Shown here: positions 63,667 to 64,000 of the stretch, one piece after another
Layout: each line of letters begins with the position of its first letter
How positions within the stretch are numbered: position 1 is the stretch's first letter
Virus record (IMG/VR): IMGVR_UViG_3300047476_001538
Location: 1 to 64,000 of that record
Source: an uncultured virus (IMG/VR IMGVR_UViG_3300047476_001538)
Lineage: Duplodnaviria > Heunggongvirae > Uroviricota > Caudoviricetes
Direction: 5' to 3' (one strand)
Length of the DNA stretch: 64,000 nt
Program-made: the position numbers and the translations under genes
The notes under the pieces: generated by a model
Told to the model about the DNA's origin: nothing
Databases searched by the model: none
What the model saw: only the letters and a program-made list of their open reading frames with translations

Positions 63667-63750
63667 TCCGAGATGACGAAACGGTAGCCGTAGTTGACTG
63701 TTAATCAACCGCCGAAAGGCTTGCAGGTTCAAGTCCTGCTCTCGGAGCCA
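63667..63750 (+). tRNA. tRNA-Asn(GTT) with long variable arm
   Basis: TCCGAGA/TCTCGGA, GTTGA-CT-GTT-AA-TCAAC, V-arm GCC-GAAA-GGC, GCAGG-TTCAAGT-CCTGC, G-CCA. Confidence 0.88.
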
Positions 63751-63762
63751 CATTAAAAATAC

Positions 63763-63790
63763 AAAGCCTCAACATTGGGGCTTTTATTTT
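63763..63790 (+). terminator. Intrinsic terminator
   Basis: AAAGCCTCAA-ca-TTGGGGCTTTT. Confidence 0.75.
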
Positions 63791-63850
63791 GTCTCCTATA
63801 TTTCATCTATTGACATTTATGCCACGGTATGATATGATGTATCTGTAGTT

Positions 63851-63939
63851 GGGGTGGTGGCGGAATTGGTAGACGCGCTTGATTGCCAATTAAGTGGCTC
63901 TTGTATGTCGTAAAGGTTCGAATCCCTTTCACTCCACCA
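63851..63939 (+). tRNA. Class II-type tRNA with Gly anticodon (GCC) on a Leu/Ala-like body
   Basis: GGGGTGG/TCACTCC, GCG-GAATTGGTAGA-CGC D-arm, CTTGA-TT-GCC-AA-TTAAG, ~17-nt variable region, A-CCA. Confidence 0.85.
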
Positions 63940-64000
63940 ACTACACCTAAATTTCAATGATTGGCATATTTTGATAAATACAAATTACAAGAGCCGCTTG

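Noticed and set aside
1-64000. Stop-codon reassignment as in some jumbo phages
   Set aside because: Coding density is high in code 11; TAA, TGA and TAG all end genes at sensible boundaries and conserved enzymes are full length; no suppressor tRNA seen.

Overview
A 64 kb segment of an AT-rich T4-superfamily-like (jumbo myo)phage genome in the standard genetic code. The host is probably a Gram-negative proteobacterium (inferred from an OprI/Lpp-like lipoprotein and a plcP-agt pair). Left arm (1-15.2 kb): hyperplastic early region with a repeated sigma70-type promoter cassette, an array of at least 8 paralogous 23-aa 'REDGPA' repeat proteins, an RNA-repair set (two RNA ligases, kinase, phosphoesterase) and two HNH endonucleases sharing a structured 5' leader. 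16-32 kb, 47-49 kb and 51-62 kb: many late-promoter (TAAATA) genes whose products start with a T4 internal-protein-like leader (M-K/R-x-x-E/D/Q-F/I...x-E). They include a ~1960-aa polyvalent protein (NTase, 2 zincins, 2 ART domains), a T7 gp0.7-like kinase, GNATs, an NTase, DUF29 and DUF4116 proteins, which suggests a modular virion-packaged cargo system. 32-45 kb: DsbA-like protein, family B DNA polymerase, sliding clamp, a six-gene C-methyl branched-sugar/glycosyltransferase operon, PRTase, MetK and RNase H. RNA genes: a circularly permuted two-piece tmRNA with a 31-aa tag, four tRNA genes all with atypical features (one has a Gly anticodon on a Leu/Ala-type body), and several candidate structured ncRNAs. 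All family assignments come from motif recognition by eye; no database search was run.
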